Shown: positions 20,217-31,506 of the stretch, in pieces
Layout of the letters: every line of letters starts with the position of its first letter
Numbering within the stretch: position 1 is the stretch's first letter
Assembly (NCBI GenBank): GCA_038886535.1
Contig: JAVZXS010000002.1
Location: 154,877-218,876, forward strand
DNA: 64,000 bases
Direction of reading: 5' to 3'
Origin: Candidatus Micrarchaeia archaeon
GTDB taxonomy: Archaea > Micrarchaeota > Micrarchaeia > CABMEP01
Program-made: the position numbers and the translations under genes
Notes under the pieces: model-generated
Seen by the model: only the letters and a program-made list of their open reading frames with translations
Databases searched by the model: none
What the model was told of the DNA's origin: nothing

Positions 20217-22409
20217 TTAGTCCATAAAGTCCTTTGCTGTTGGAGGTTCTTTAGGCTCTCCTTTTCTTTCACGGACTTTGGTTACTAATTCATTCTGCAG
20301 CGAGGTTGGAACAAGCTCGTATCCTGCATATTCATGATACCAGATTGCTCTTCCCTGTGATGCAGATCTTAAATCATTGGACATTCCGAATGTCTCAGAT
20401 ACTGGCAGCTTTGCCTTAACAGTGGATAGTTCTCCTTCCTGTCCAATTTCAATTATTTCACCACGTCTTCCCTGCAATGCAGTTATTATATTTCCTGCAT
20501 ACTCCTGTGGCGATTGTACAAGGAATATCTGCTTTGGTTCCATGAGCCTTACTCCAGATGTGAGCATGCTTGCATAGATTGGTCTCTTTATTGCAGGCAT
20601 GATCTGAGCAGGACCTCTATGTGCAGGATCTTCATGAATTATTGCATCTGTTAATAATACCTTCACGCCAACAACCTTTTCTTTTGCAAGAGGTCCTTTG
20701 TCCACTGCTTCCTCGAATGCCTTGAGCACTAATTCCATGATTTCCTGCATGTATTGTACTCCTTTTGTTGCATCCACGAGTACACATCTGTTCTTTATGT
20801 CTAGAACTTTCTTTGCCTGATCTCTTTCCATTCCTGCTTCTACAAGAGCATCAACTATAGCCTTTCCTTTCGGTCTTCCCTCAGGAATCTTTCCTTCTAC
20901 TATTGCATTGTAAACTCCCTCTTCAAGAGGCTCAACCTTTATCTTGAATTTGTTGTGCTTGTTAGGTGATTTTCCTTCAAGTTCAGGTCCTGGTTTAAGT
21001 ATTGTTTCTCTATACACCACAATTGGTGGAGAAGTTTCTATTTCTACTCCTTTCTCCTTTGATATCTTGTACTCCACAATCTCAAGGTGAAGTTCACCCA
21101 TACCACTTATAAGGTGCTCACCAGTTTCCTGGTTGATTTCTACTTTAAGAGTTGGGTCTTCCTTTGACATCTGTCTTAAGACTTCAATTAACTTGACAAG
21201 GTCCTTTGTGTTCTTTGCCTCTATCGATTTTGTAACAACGGGTTCAGAGTAGTGTTTGATCTGTTCAAATGGTTCAAAGTTTGGATTTTCACTTATTGTT
21301 TCTCCTACATAAAGGTCTCTCAATCCTACTATTGCAGCAATGTTTCCTGCTGGAACCTCATCTGCAGGAATTCTATCTGGACCCATGTAGATTCCTACCT
21401 GTTGAACCTTTGCTGAGGTATGTTTTGAGGCAATAGTTAATTCTGTTCCCTTTCTTACTGTTCCACTGAATATTCTTGCAACCCCTACCTCTCCAGCATG
21501 CTTGTCTACAACCACACCGAAGATAATTCCACATACCTTTGCATTAGGATCAGTATTCAACATCGCCTTTCCATCTTCTGTGTTTAAATCACCATGCCAC
21601 AAGATTGGAATTCTATATACTTGTGCCTCTTGTGGGTTTGGAAGATGTTGGATTACCATTGTAAGAACAACTTCATCTATTGGTGCCTTTTCAACTAATG
21701 TTTTGTGGTCGTTTTTAGTACATAACTCATATATATCTGTAAATTTAACTCCCTTCAACTTCATGTATGTGAAAGAAGTCGCCCACTTGTTGAAAGCAGA
21801 TCCAAAAGCAATGTTTCCTTTTTCTACATTTATCTTCCATTCATCTTTCTTATCTGCAGGTGCATATTTGTCTATCAGCTTGTTTATATCTGTAATTAGT
21901 TTGATCAATCTTTCCTGCGTCTGTTGTGGCGTGTATTTCAGCTCGTTGATTAATCTGTCAATCTTATTGATGAACACTGTTGGCTTTGATTTTTCCTTTA
22001 AAGCCTGTCTTAATACTGTTTCAGTTTGAGGCATTATACCTTCAACTGCATCTACTACGAGAATAATTCCATCAACTGCTCTCATTGCTCTTGTAACGTG
22101 TCCTCCGAAGTCTACGTGTCCTGGGGTGTCGATAAGGTTGATGACATAGGGCTCTCCATTATATTCGAAACCAAGAGAGATGTTTGCAGATTTGATTGTA
22201 ATTCCTCTCTTCTGTTCAAGTTCCTCGAAGTCCATGACTCTCTGTTCTCCTGCAAGCTCTTTGCTGATTAATCCTGCTCTTGCTACTAGAGAGTCTGCTA
22301 GTGTTGACTTACCGTGATCTACGTGTGCTACTATAGCAATGTTTCTCACGTACTTTAGATTTTTCATAATTTTCTGTACTTCTTCTACAACTAATTCTTT
22401 TCTTACCAT
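20217..22409 (-). CDS. fusA: Translation elongation factor EF-2
   Basis: AHVDHGKST, RGITI, DTPGHVDF, NKID, diphthamide loop HEDPAHRGPAQ. Confidence 0.98.
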   Translation of the reverse strand: MVRKELVVEEVQKIMKNLKYVRNIAIVAHVDHGKSTLADSLVARAGLISKELAGEQRVMDFEELEQKRGITIKSANISLGFEYNGEPYVINLIDTPGHVDFGGHVTRAMRAVDGIILVVDAVEGIMPQTETVLRQALKEKSKPTVFINKIDRLINELKYTPQQTQERLIKLITDINKLIDKYAPADKKDEWKINVEKGNIAFGSAFNKWATSFTYMKLKGVKFTDIYELCTKNDHKTLVEKAPIDEVVLTMVIQHLPNPQEAQVYRIPILWHGDLNTEDGKAMLNTDPNAKVCGIIFGVVVDKHAGEVGVARIFSGTVRKGTELTIASKHTSAKVQQVGIYMGPDRIPADEVPAGNIAAIVGLRDLYVGETISENPNFEPFEQIKHYSEPVVTKSIEAKNTKDLVKLIEVLRQMSKEDPTLKVEINQETGEHLISGMGELHLEIVEYKISKEKGVEIETSPPIVVYRETILKPGPELEGKSPNKHNKFKIKVEPLEEGVYNAIVEGKIPEGRPKGKAIVDALVEAGMERDQAKKVLDIKNRCVLVDATKGVQYMQEIMELVLKAFEEAVDKGPLAKEKVVGVKVLLTDAIIHEDPAHRGPAQIMPAIKRPIYASMLTSGVRLMEPKQIFLVQSPQEYAGNIITALQGRRGEIIEIGQEGELSTVKAKLPVSETFGMSNDLRSASQGRAIWYHEYAGYELVPTSLQNELVTKVRERKGEPKEPPTAKDFMD

Positions 22410-22437
22410 AATACCTACCTTTATATCAATATAAATG

Positions 22438-22459
22438 AAAAAAGCGAGCGAAAGCCCGC
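22438..22459 (-). terminator. Hairpin plus U-tract after rps7
   Basis: Minus strand GCGGGC-TTTC-GCTCGC-TTTTTT between rps7 and fusA. Confidence 0.5.
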
Positions 22460-22478
22460 ATGAAAATAAAAAAAGAAT

Positions 22479-23084
22479 TTATCTTGCGCTTCTTGCCATT
22501 CTTTCTGTTTCATCCTTCTTCTTTATTGCATAGCTGTTTACATCTCCAGTTGCTGCGAGTATTATTTCATTTGCAAGCGCTTCTGCGAGTGTGGCTTTCT
22601 TATCGAAAGATGAGATTATAGCTGCAAGGCTTATGTTTCTAAGAGCCATATCTACTCTTCTTTTTGGAGAAACATCTACTGCGACCTGGTATCTTACTCC
22701 TCCGTATTCCACTCTTGTTACGTCTTCTCTCGGAGCGCTGTTTTCTATTGCTTTTATGAGGTATTGGATTGGATTTTGCTTTGTTTTTTCATGAATTATG
22801 TCGAAAGCCTCTTCTACTATTTTTATTACTCTCGTCTTCTTGCCTTGCAACTTTCCATGGGTTCTTATTAGCTTTCCTCCTACCTTTTCACCAGTTCCTC
22901 CTCTCATTAACTTGTTTACAAGCCTTTCCACTATGTTCTTTTCTATTCTTTTCTTTCTTTTTCCAACTCTACCAAAAGTGTGAGGCATTACTGAAGGTCT
23001 TAGATTTATGTAATCCTTCATTGTCTCATCAGTGATTTGTACATTGTAATCATATTTGTTGAAAAGCTTATCATTGATTTCCAT
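22479..23084 (-). CDS. rps7: 30S ribosomal protein uS7
   Basis: IVERLVNKLM, AIENSAPREDVTR, ETERMARSAR. Confidence 0.97.
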   Translation of the reverse strand: MEINDKLFNKYDYNVQITDETMKDYINLRPSVMPHTFGRVGKRKKRIEKNIVERLVNKLMRGGTGEKVGGKLIRTHGKLQGKKTRVIKIVEEAFDIIHEKTKQNPIQYLIKAIENSAPREDVTRVEYGGVRYQVAVDVSPKRRVDMALRNISLAAIISSFDKKATLAEALANEIILAATGDVNSYAIKKKDETERMARSAR

Positions 23085-23122
23085 AATATCACTCTATTAA
23101 ATTTAATTAAGAGAATAGAGAA

Positions 23123-23545
23123 TTATCTTCTCGGTTTCTCTTTCTTACCTTTTCTTATCTGCTCAAGAGAAGTATTGTTTACGGCTATCACCTTATATCT
23201 GACGCCAGGGATTGAACCCATCTGTCCTCTTTGTGATCCACCAAGTCCTTCGACTAAAACTTCATCATGTTCATCTATGTGATTTATTGCTCCATCTCGG
23301 GGTGCGAATGCAGTGATTATCTTGCCGTTCTTTATTAACTGTATCTTTACGCATTTGATAAGACCAGAGTGAGGCTGCTTTTGCTCAAGCACTTTCTTTT
23401 CTAGCACTATTCCTCTTGCTGCATGAGCTCCCTCGAGAGGATCGTATTTCTCTTTGAGTTTTTCAACTTTTCTTCTCCATGTTTTCTTTAACCATCTGTA
23501 TTTCTTTCTTTTCTTTAATATATCTCTTCCAGAGAATTCTCCCAT
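23123..23545 (-). CDS. rps12: 30S ribosomal protein uS12
   Basis: [27 protein letters not shown]; operon position. Confidence 0.96.
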   Translation of the reverse strand: MGEFSGRDILKKRKKYRWLKKTWRRKVEKLKEKYDPLEGAHAARGIVLEKKVLEQKQPHSGLIKCVKIQLIKNGKIITAFAPRDGAINHIDEHDEVLVEGLGGSQRGQMGSIPGVRYKVIAVNNTSLEQIRKGKKEKPRR

Positions 23546-23757
23546 ATAATTACACCTTATAATGTTTAACAGCGCCAGCTGGTAAACTTAAGAACACTCA
23601 TTTCGAGTGTTGTAAATATAATTGTATTAATCTATTTTAAGCCCGCTGCACAGAAAAAGTTCTGTAAGGGCACTTATTTGATGAAATTTGGATATCTAGG
23701 ATAATATATAATATATATATTTGTAGTGTTTTTAAATCTTATTTTATTACCCTTTAA

Positions 23758-24159
23758 TCATGCTCTTATCTCAATTTTCTTAAAGTTTCTTTCAACAAGT
23801 ACATTTGCGAGCTTTATTTTATTTCCACCTCTTCCGATGACATACTTCCTATCTTCGGAGCTTGTTATTACCCTAGCAGTGTCACCTTCTATTACAACGT
23901 TTACTTTTATAGGTGCAAATATGTTGCTAATAAATCTTTCGAGTTCTTCAGACCATTCTATAACTACTATATCTCTTTTAAGCTTCTTTTTAAGATTATT
24001 AATCATCTTTCCTCCAGGTCCTATAACCTTTCCAACATCTCCTTCTGCAACTACGATAGCAAGCGTTTTTCCATCGTCATATACATCTCTTATCGCTGCA
24101 CGAGTTGCATCCTGAAGGAACATCATCATTTTAATATCTTCATTAGATAGTTTTGTCAT
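23758..24159 (-). CDS. nusA: Archaeal NusA (two KH domains)
   Basis: VIGPGG and VIGRGG KH motifs; lies between rpl30e and rps12. Confidence 0.93.
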   Translation of the reverse strand: MTKLSNEDIKMMMFLQDATRAAIRDVYDDGKTLAIVVAEGDVGKVIGPGGKMINNLKKKLKRDIVVIEWSEELERFISNIFAPIKVNVVIEGDTARVITSSEDRKYVIGRGGNKIKLANVLVERNFKKIEIRA

Positions 24160-24178
24160 TAGATCTCCTTTTTATACT

Positions 24179-24481
24179 TTACTCAGCGATTTTTAGAATC
24201 TCTGAATCACCAGGTTCTATTATCGCCATCATGAGTACTGGAAAAGGTTTTCCAGCTAACGATCCTAACTCTATTGAGGGATAATTCAATTCCTTGTAAG
24301 GAACTTTAGAATTTTTACATATCTCTATTATTTCATTCTTTAAGTTTTTTGGACAATTTCCAGCTAAAAGTATAAGCTTTGCATTTCCATGTGCAGCTAG
24401 ATATTTACAGGTTCTTGTTCCAAATTCTACCTTTCCAGTATCAACACATATTCTTATTGATTTTTCAATATCGATATTCAT
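24179..24481 (-). CDS. rpl30e: 50S ribosomal protein eL30
   Basis: DTGKVEFG, AGNCP, ELGSLAGKPF, IIEPGDS. Confidence 0.95.
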   Translation of the reverse strand: MNIDIEKSIRICVDTGKVEFGTRTCKYLAAHGNAKLILLAGNCPKNLKNEIIEICKNSKVPYKELNYPSIELGSLAGKPFPVLMMAIIEPGDSEILKIAE

Positions 24482-24507
24482 ATTTTCACCTATAGTAAAA
24501 ATTTAAT

Positions 24508-25533
24508 TTATTTAGTTTCATGTTTCATTGTAAGCTTAACAAGACCAGTTCCTAACGGAACAGGTTGTCCTATTAATATGTTTTCAGTTACTCCTTTTAA
24601 CCTATCTTCTTCTCCATTTATTGCAGCGTTAACTAAGTGTTTCACAGTTTCTTCAAATGCTGCTCTTGCAAGAACAGATGGTTTTCTTCCACTAAGACCA
24701 TGTCTTCCTACCGAAATAACCTCTCCATCAACAGTCATTGCGTCCGCAAGAAGACAAATGTGTCTTATATCCACATCTGTTTTCTGAGTTTTCATAGTAG
24801 TATATATCTCATTAACTATTGCATTTCTTGCAGCCTCTATTCCAAATAAATTGTAGATTTCCATTATATCATTTGTAATAGATCTAGTCGGATCGACGTG
24901 CGGGAATTTAAATAATTCTGTAAGATTTGATCCACCTGCAATAATTATCCATTCACCATTTTCATCTTGGGTTACAACTGGTTTCGTTATTCCACTAACA
25001 CCTTTAATATGTAGATTTTTCAATTTATTTGTGAATTTTCTTAACATTCTTAATGGTGTATTTTTGGCTGTAAGAAGAACTTTATCAGCTTGATGTTTCA
25101 TTGTGATGTTAGGTTCTAATTCTGCTTTTATTTTCTTCTTTACCTGAATAAGATCTATATTTTTTTGTTTTATTTCATCTTTATCTATTTTTATCAATAC
25201 TTGTTTCTTTTTAAAGTCTTCAGAAAAGGTTGCAATATCATTGAGTATAACTTGGTCTATTTCATTTGCTATTTCTTCTACCTTTTTCTTGTCTTTATAT
25301 TTCTCTTTGAGGTATATCATAACGATGGGTTTTTTAGGTTTCTTTTTTGCATCTACTATTTCAATGAGTCTCGGAAGACCTGTTGGTACTGCCTCGACTA
25401 CTCCAGGAAGGTGGAAGGTACGCATAGTCATTTGTGTTCCAGGTTCACCTAAGGAATGTGCAGCAAGTATTCCTACTCCCTCTCCAGGAGTTATCATAAT
25501 ATCTTTTTTCTCTTTATCAATATGTTTTGTCAT
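24508..25533 (-). CDS. rpoA2: RNA polymerase subunit A'' (Rpo1C)
   Basis: [13 protein letters not shown] trigger loop, [25 protein letters not shown]. Confidence 0.97.
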   Translation of the reverse strand: MTKHIDKEKKDIMITPGEGVGILAAHSLGEPGTQMTMRTFHLPGVVEAVPTGLPRLIEIVDAKKKPKKPIVMIYLKEKYKDKKKVEEIANEIDQVILNDIATFSEDFKKKQVLIKIDKDEIKQKNIDLIQVKKKIKAELEPNITMKHQADKVLLTAKNTPLRMLRKFTNKLKNLHIKGVSGITKPVVTQDENGEWIIIAGGSNLTELFKFPHVDPTRSITNDIMEIYNLFGIEAARNAIVNEIYTTMKTQKTDVDIRHICLLADAMTVDGEVISVGRHGLSGRKPSVLARAAFEETVKHLVNAAINGEEDRLKGVTENILIGQPVPLGTGLVKLTMKHETK

Positions 25534-25549
25534 TATATCACCTTTATAT

Positions 25550-28111
25550 TTATTCTTTCTCAGGTACGCCTACAGGTGTTAAGAGCTCTTCTTTTATTTT
25601 CTTTATTTTCATAGTGTCTCTTCCATCTCCACCATATATGAATTGTACGATCTTTCCACTTCCGTCTCTAACACTGTAATCATCTTTTACAATCAGATCC
25701 TGAAGTGCATTAATCATTCTTCTTTGCATGTATCCAGATCGTGCAGTTCTTATTGCAGTGTTAACTATAGATTCTCTTGCAGACATGGATTGGAAGAAGT
25801 ACTCAATCGGGTCAAGACCATCTATAAAATTGGATCTAATAAATCCTCGAGCTACAGCACTTAAATCCTTTGGTTTAAAGTGAGAAAGTGTCCTATATCT
25901 GTATCCTCTGTGTAATCTTTTTTCTCTTACTACTTGCTGTGCAACAGCTCCAGACATCTGTGTAACGTTTGTCATAGAACCTCTCGCTCCAATCTTTGCT
26001 ATTATAATAGCATTATTTTCTTGACCTAAGTCCTCTTCTAATACTTTACTCATATCATTTCTAATTTTTCCAAGAGTATCAACCGCTTTACTCTCTAAGG
26101 TTTCTTTAAGACTCTTTCCAGGTTCTCTTTCAAGAGTTTTATTCTTATATTGCATTATGTATACATTTACTTGCTTTTCCGCATTTTCAACAATTTCTTT
26201 GATCTTTTTCTTTCCTTCTTCAGATACAGTGTAATCCTTCAAACTTACAGTCATTCCCTTTATAGTTATAATTTCAGCTGCAATTCTTCCGATAGCATCT
26301 ATGAATTTTCTTGCTTCTTCATGCCCATAATTTAAGGTTATTGCTTCTACAATTGCATTTAAAGATTTCTTTTCAAAATATCCACTTATCACTTTTCCAT
26401 CTTTTATTTCAACAATGCTTTTATCACTACCCTTCTTTCCAATTTTAGATTCAACCCTAAGATTCAATCCCTTTGGCAAAATTTGAGAGAGTATCAATTT
26501 TCCACTATATCTATCTTTTACATCTGGTTTAGGAAGTTCATATATTCCTGCCATAGCTAAAAGGTCTGCTGCTTGGCTTTTTGTGAATGTTGTTTCATCA
26601 AGTGATAAAAGATAGGTTCCAGTTATACGATCTTGTGTCGGACCAATTATTGCATGGCCATGACGTGGTGAAATTATTTGTTTTTCTACCAGCATTAATG
26701 TTTCAGCCTCTGCTCTCGCCTCTTCTTTCTGAGGAACATGTATATTCATTTCATCTCCATCGAAGTCAGCATTGTATGGGGTTGTGACAGAGGGTGGAAC
26801 TCTGAACGTCTTTCCAGGTAATATCTTTACTCTGTGAGCCATTATAGACATTCTGTGAAGAGATGGATAACGATTGAATAATACTATATCTCCATCCATG
26901 AGTTGTCTTTCAACAGTCCATCCAGCAGCAATTTCCTTTATTAATTCTTCTTTATTAGCGTCTGTAACCTTTCTTCTTCTTCCATTTGGAGAGGTTACAT
27001 AAATAGCTCTTGGTTTTTCATTTGAAGTTATCATTTTCTTGCATTCCTCAAGGTTCCAGTCAGTAACTTTAACAGGCACAGTCAATTCATCAGCTATCTG
27101 CTGTGGAACTCCTACTTCATTTATAGAGATGCATCCGTCCGGGGACACTACAGTTCTTGCACTGAAGTTTACTCTTTTTCCAGAAAGGTTGTATCTGAAT
27201 CTTCCCTCCTTTCCTTTAAGACGTTGGGCCAATGTTTTTAATGGCATTCCTGACCTGTGAGTTGCAGGAGGTATGTTAGGGCTTTCGTTATTGAAATAAG
27301 TGGTAACATGATATTGGAGAAGTTCCCACAAATCCTCTATGATGAGTTGAGGTGCCCCTGCATTTATGTTAGATTCCAATCTCTGATTTATTCTCAAAAC
27401 TTCTACAAGCTTATGAGTAAGGTTGTCTTCGCTTCTTTCACCACTTTCAAGAGTTATAGAAGGTCTTACATTGACAGGTGGAACAGGTAAAACGGTAAGG
27501 ACTGCCCATTCAGGTCTGCTGTATTCAGGATCAAAGCCTAGCTCTCTTAAGTCATCATCCGAAATCTTAGCTAATCTGTCTCTTACCTCTGTAGGAAGCA
27601 TTAATCTGTCATCTTCATAGAAGTTGGTTGGTCTCTCAAACTTTATTTCTTTTTGTTCAGTTTGGCAGTGAGGACACTTCTTAACTTTCTTAGTTCTTGC
27701 AAGAATTGTAGCAATCATTTCGTCCCTTGTCATTAAGCTACTTTTTATTTCATCTATTTCCTCCTTTGTAAGTAGTACTTTTCCACATGAATTACAAGTT
27801 GACCTTAGAAACATATATATCATTGGGGCGAATTCTGGATGTATCACAGGCCTTATCAGTTCTATTGAACCAAAATGACCAGGGCATGTTCTGACTGTTC
27901 CTCCACATGTCTTACATCTTAAACCAGGATCTATAACACCCATTCTTAAGTCTGCAAATCCTCCTTCAATAGGATATCCATCATCATTATATGTATCAGG
28001 TACAAAAAGTTTTACTGCAGACATCTTTCTAATCATCTCTGGAGAGAAAAGAGTGAACTTTATTTTACTTATGTATTTTTCGAAAATTTCATTTTCATCT
28101 AATGTTGCCAC
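25550..28111 (-). CDS. rpoA1: RNA polymerase subunit A' (Rpo1N)
   Basis: [25 protein letters not shown]; GTG start at 28111 preceded by GGTGGT. Confidence 0.97.
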   Translation of the reverse strand: MATLDENEIFEKYISKIKFTLFSPEMIRKMSAVKLFVPDTYNDDGYPIEGGFADLRMGVIDPGLRCKTCGGTVRTCPGHFGSIELIRPVIHPEFAPMIYMFLRSTCNSCGKVLLTKEEIDEIKSSLMTRDEMIATILARTKKVKKCPHCQTEQKEIKFERPTNFYEDDRLMLPTEVRDRLAKISDDDLRELGFDPEYSRPEWAVLTVLPVPPVNVRPSITLESGERSEDNLTHKLVEVLRINQRLESNINAGAPQLIIEDLWELLQYHVTTYFNNESPNIPPATHRSGMPLKTLAQRLKGKEGRFRYNLSGKRVNFSARTVVSPDGCISINEVGVPQQIADELTVPVKVTDWNLEECKKMITSNEKPRAIYVTSPNGRRRKVTDANKEELIKEIAAGWTVERQLMDGDIVLFNRYPSLHRMSIMAHRVKILPGKTFRVPPSVTTPYNADFDGDEMNIHVPQKEEARAEAETLMLVEKQIISPRHGHAIIGPTQDRITGTYLLSLDETTFTKSQAADLLAMAGIYELPKPDVKDRYSGKLILSQILPKGLNLRVESKIGKKGSDKSIVEIKDGKVISGYFEKKSLNAIVEAITLNYGHEEARKFIDAIGRIAAEIITIKGMTVSLKDYTVSEEGKKKIKEIVENAEKQVNVYIMQYKNKTLEREPGKSLKETLESKAVDTLGKIRNDMSKVLEEDLGQENNAIIIAKIGARGSMTNVTQMSGAVAQQVVREKRLHRGYRYRTLSHFKPKDLSAVARGFIRSNFIDGLDPIEYFFQSMSARESIVNTAIRTARSGYMQRRMINALQDLIVKDDYSVRDGSGKIVQFIYGGDGRDTMKIKKIKEELLTPVGVPEKE

Positions 28112-28148
28112 ACTACCACCATTAATATTATAAACAAATAATGAAAAA

Positions 28149-29987
28149 CTATTCATCTGTCTTATTGCTTGTAATCATTCTTGGGAAGATTCCGAGTGAT
28201 TTTATTTCATCAATTAGAAGTTTAAATGCATAAGACATCTCTACTTGTGAGAAGTTTGTAGAATCGCAGATAGGACATATTGGTTTGTTCTTGAGATAAT
28301 CATAGTATCCAAACGACCCACATTCATTACAGATTATCTGGACTGTTTTATCTGATTCATCCATTAAACGTTCTTTGAGTAGCATAGTTGCTCCATATCC
28401 TATGATACAATCTCTTTCCATTTCTCCTAATCTAAGACCACCTTCTCTTGATCTTCCTTCTGTTGGCTGGTGGGTCAAAAGTTGTACTGGACCTCTACTT
28501 CTTGCATGTATTTTGTTAGAGACAAGATGTTGCAGTCTTTGATAGTAGATTACACCTATAAATATCTCTGCTTCAATTCTTTCTCCTGTAACACCATCAT
28601 AAAGAACTTCATAACCATTAGGTTCAAATCCGTATTTCTTTAAAGTTTCTTTTGCCTCATCTAAATTCGCTGGTGTGAAAGTAGTTCCATCAACACGTTT
28701 TCCTTCGAAACAAGCAGCCTTTCCTAAGAGTGTTTCAAGAAGATGACCAACTGTCATACGAGAAGGAATTGCGTGGGGGTTAATAATCAAATCAGGTACA
28801 ATACCATCTTTTGTAAACGGCATACTCTCCTGAGGTACAAGTAATCCTATAACTCCTTTCTGTCCGTGTCTAGATGCAACTTTGTCACCATTTTCAGGTA
28901 TTTTTGTTTCTCTTACTCTAACCTTCACCATTTTATTTCCAGAAGGACTTTGGGTAATAAGAACAGAATCGACTATTCCTTTTTCTTCTGCCTTAAGTGT
29001 AACTGAACTCTCTTTCTTTTTTTCTTCAGCTATTCCAAATGCACTCACTTCTTCGAGGAATCTTGGAGGAGAAGTTTTTCCTACTAATACATCTCTTCCT
29101 CCTACTTCTATTCCAGGTGATATTAATCCATCTTCATCTAAATATTTATATGCATTCTCTCCTCTATACCCATTAACTGTAGGGACAGGAATTTCAAATT
29201 TATCTTTTTGTCCTCCAGGATACCTTCTTTCCTCTGTCGAATACGTTTTAAACATTTCAACTCTAAGTAATCCCCTGTCTACAGCGGATTTGTTAACAAC
29301 AACTGCATCTTCCATGTTGAATCCTCTATAACTCATTACTGCAACAACCAAATTATTTCCTCCTATTCTTTTATCAGTTCCAAGTATCTTTTGAGGCCTA
29401 GTTGTTACAATTGGAGTTTGAGGATAGAACATCACATACGCTTTTGTATCGTATCTCAATGAATAGTTGGAAGCATATAATCCCAGCGCCTGTTTAGCCA
29501 TAGAGCAAGCCATGGTAGTTCTTGGTGATGAATTGTATTCTTGCATTGGCAGTTGAGATGTAACGAAACTGAGTATACCTACTGGATCGATTTCAAGGTG
29601 TGTGTGCTCTGGCGTTATATCTTCTTCTCTAACTGCTATATAAGAAAGAGTGTCTTCCTCTCCAGGATCCAAATACTCTATTATACCGTTTCTTATTAAA
29701 TCTTTCCATTCAATTTCATTGTTTTTTATTTTCGCTTTAATTTCTGGGGTTAGCTTAGATTTTCCATTTTCTACTATTATTAAAGGTCTTCTGCTTCTTC
29801 CTCCATCGCTGTTTATGTAGACTTCTTTAAGCTTTGGATAAAATTCTACATTAACCTCATGATTTATTTCACCGTTTCTTCTTTTTCTAATTATCTCGCG
29901 TACGAGCTCTTCACCATTTGGATGAGAACCAACAATTTTACCATTAAGATATACTATGAATTCATCACTTTTCTTTGCCACGTTCAC
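28149..29987 (-). CDS. rpoB1: RNA polymerase subunit B' (Rpo2C)
   Basis: GDKVASRHGQKG, GGLRLGEMERD, C-terminal Zn finger; start could be GTG 29981. Confidence 0.97.
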   Translation of the reverse strand: MNVAKKSDEFIVYLNGKIVGSHPNGEELVREIIRKRRNGEINHEVNVEFYPKLKEVYINSDGGRSRRPLIIVENGKSKLTPEIKAKIKNNEIEWKDLIRNGIIEYLDPGEEDTLSYIAVREEDITPEHTHLEIDPVGILSFVTSQLPMQEYNSSPRTTMACSMAKQALGLYASNYSLRYDTKAYVMFYPQTPIVTTRPQKILGTDKRIGGNNLVVAVMSYRGFNMEDAVVVNKSAVDRGLLRVEMFKTYSTEERRYPGGQKDKFEIPVPTVNGYRGENAYKYLDEDGLISPGIEVGGRDVLVGKTSPPRFLEEVSAFGIAEEKKKESSVTLKAEEKGIVDSVLITQSPSGNKMVKVRVRETKIPENGDKVASRHGQKGVIGLLVPQESMPFTKDGIVPDLIINPHAIPSRMTVGHLLETLLGKAACFEGKRVDGTTFTPANLDEAKETLKKYGFEPNGYEVLYDGVTGERIEAEIFIGVIYYQRLQHLVSNKIHARSRGPVQLLTHQPTEGRSREGGLRLGEMERDCIIGYGATMLLKERLMDESDKTVQIICNECGSFGYYDYLKNKPICPICDSTNFSQVEMSYAFKLLIDEIKSLGIFPRMITSNKTDE

Positions 29988-30039
29988 ACCTTTTTAATTT
30001 AGTATTAACATCAAATATTGAAACTCATCATTGTGAAAA

Positions 30040-31506
30040 TCATTTTATAGCTGTTACTCCAATTTTCTTTAGAATACTCTCCACTTCTTTTTCATCTACT
30101 CCAATTGAAATTTCGTTTGTTAAAGCCATATTCTTAACTAGAGATGCAGATGCACCTTCAGGAGTTTCATTTGGACATAACCTTCCAAACTGAGTTCCAT
30201 GCAGATCTCTTGCTTCAAAGTGAGGATGCACTCTGCTAAGTGGTGAATTAATTCTTCTTAAATGCGATACTGTCGCTAAATAAGAAACTCTATCAAGAAG
30301 TTGACATACTCCTGTTTGACCGGCTATCCAGTTTCCAGTAGCCATTGCATATCTTATTCTATCACTTAAAGAATCAGGTCTCACAAATGTTTGTACGTCC
30401 TGTAATCTTCTTCCTCTTGCAACAGCTCTTTCTGCTTGGTAGGCTATATCTCTTACCAAGAACTGGAATGAGTATCTAAATAACTCTTCCATCAAAACTC
30501 CACTTAATTTAATTCTTTTATTTCCATAATGGTCTTTATCATCTGCAGGATATTTCTTGTTTGCTACAAGTGTTGTTCTTTGTGCCATTAATGCAAGGAA
30601 TTTTGCTTTAAGATGCTTTGCAGCGGGAGTAGTTCCAAAATGAGGTAGCAAATAATTGTTTAACAACACTTCTACTCTTTTATCTCTATATTCTTTGGGT
30701 TGTCCAGGAACTGCTTTTTTACCAATCTCATCTATTGCATCATCAACAGTCTTTACCTCACCAATTTCTATATTTAAAAGTACATCATTGATTATCTGCT
30801 TATCGTCGTCAAATAATTCAAGTATATCCTCATCTTTCTTTATTCCAAGAGCACGAAGTACAACCATGAACGGTAGCTTAGGTGGAGCAGCTGGAAATTC
30901 AATAGTCCATGTACCATCTTCTGATCTGTTTACCGCACATCTCATTCTTGCTCCGCCGCTTTGTGAAAATATCTTCGCTGTGATTATTGATCCTTGTTTT
31001 TCTTTGGTTACCATAATTCTATTTGCAATCAAATCCTCTATTCCGATTAAAACTCTTTCTGTTCCATTTATGATCATGTATCCTCCCGGATCCATTGGGT
31101 CTTCTCCTGCTTTTATCAGTTCTCCTCTTGACATTCCTTCAGTATAGCATATTTTCGATCTTACCATAGCAGGAATGTCTCCAATATATGCAATTGTAGT
31201 TTTTCTTTCAATATCATTTATTATCGGGGTTATTTCCATATATACTCTTCCAGCATAAGTTAGGTCTCTTTGTCTTGCTTCCATAGGTAGAATCGGTCTT
31301 GTTGCAGAATCAGCTTCAATAACCATAGGTTTCTCAACCCATGCCCTCCCAAGCTTAAGTTCATAATTCGGGACATTAGGCCTTATTACTCCAACTGAAC
31401 TTACTATTCTTTGTATTCCTTCTTCTATAAACCTATTATATGAGTCAAGATGCTGCTTGACTAATTTATTTTCATTTAAATATTTCTCTAACAGATCCTT
31501 TGTCAC
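30040..31506 (-). CDS. rpoB2: RNA polymerase subunit B'' (Rpo2N)
   Basis: QHLDSYN, DPGGYMIINGTERV, DDKDHYGNKR, CPNETPEG. Confidence 0.97.
   Translation of the reverse strand: MTKDLLEKYLNENKLVKQHLDSYNRFIEEGIQRIVSSVGVIRPNVPNYELKLGRAWVEKPMVIEADSATRPILPMEARQRDLTYAGRVYMEITPIINDIERKTTIAYIGDIPAMVRSKICYTEGMSRGELIKAGEDPMDPGGYMIINGTERVLIGIEDLIANRIMVTKEKQGSIITAKIFSQSGGARMRCAVNRSEDGTWTIEFPAAPPKLPFMVVLRALGIKKDEDILELFDDDKQIINDVLLNIEIGEVKTVDDAIDEIGKKAVPGQPKEYRDKRVEVLLNNYLLPHFGTTPAAKHLKAKFLALMAQRTTLVANKKYPADDKDHYGNKRIKLSGVLMEELFRYSFQFLVRDIAYQAERAVARGRRLQDVQTFVRPDSLSDRIRYAMATGNWIAGQTGVCQLLDRVSYLATVSHLRRINSPLSRVHPHFEARDLHGTQFGRLCPNETPEGASASLVKNMALTNEISIGVDEKEVESILKKIGVTAIK

Noticed and set aside
20217-22409. 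Possible loss of the diphthamide site in EF-2
   Set aside because: The target His in HEDPAHRGPAQ is present.
24508-31506. Split rpoA and rpoB as a novelty or frameshift
   Set aside because: These are established archaeal splits and each part has its own RBS and start.
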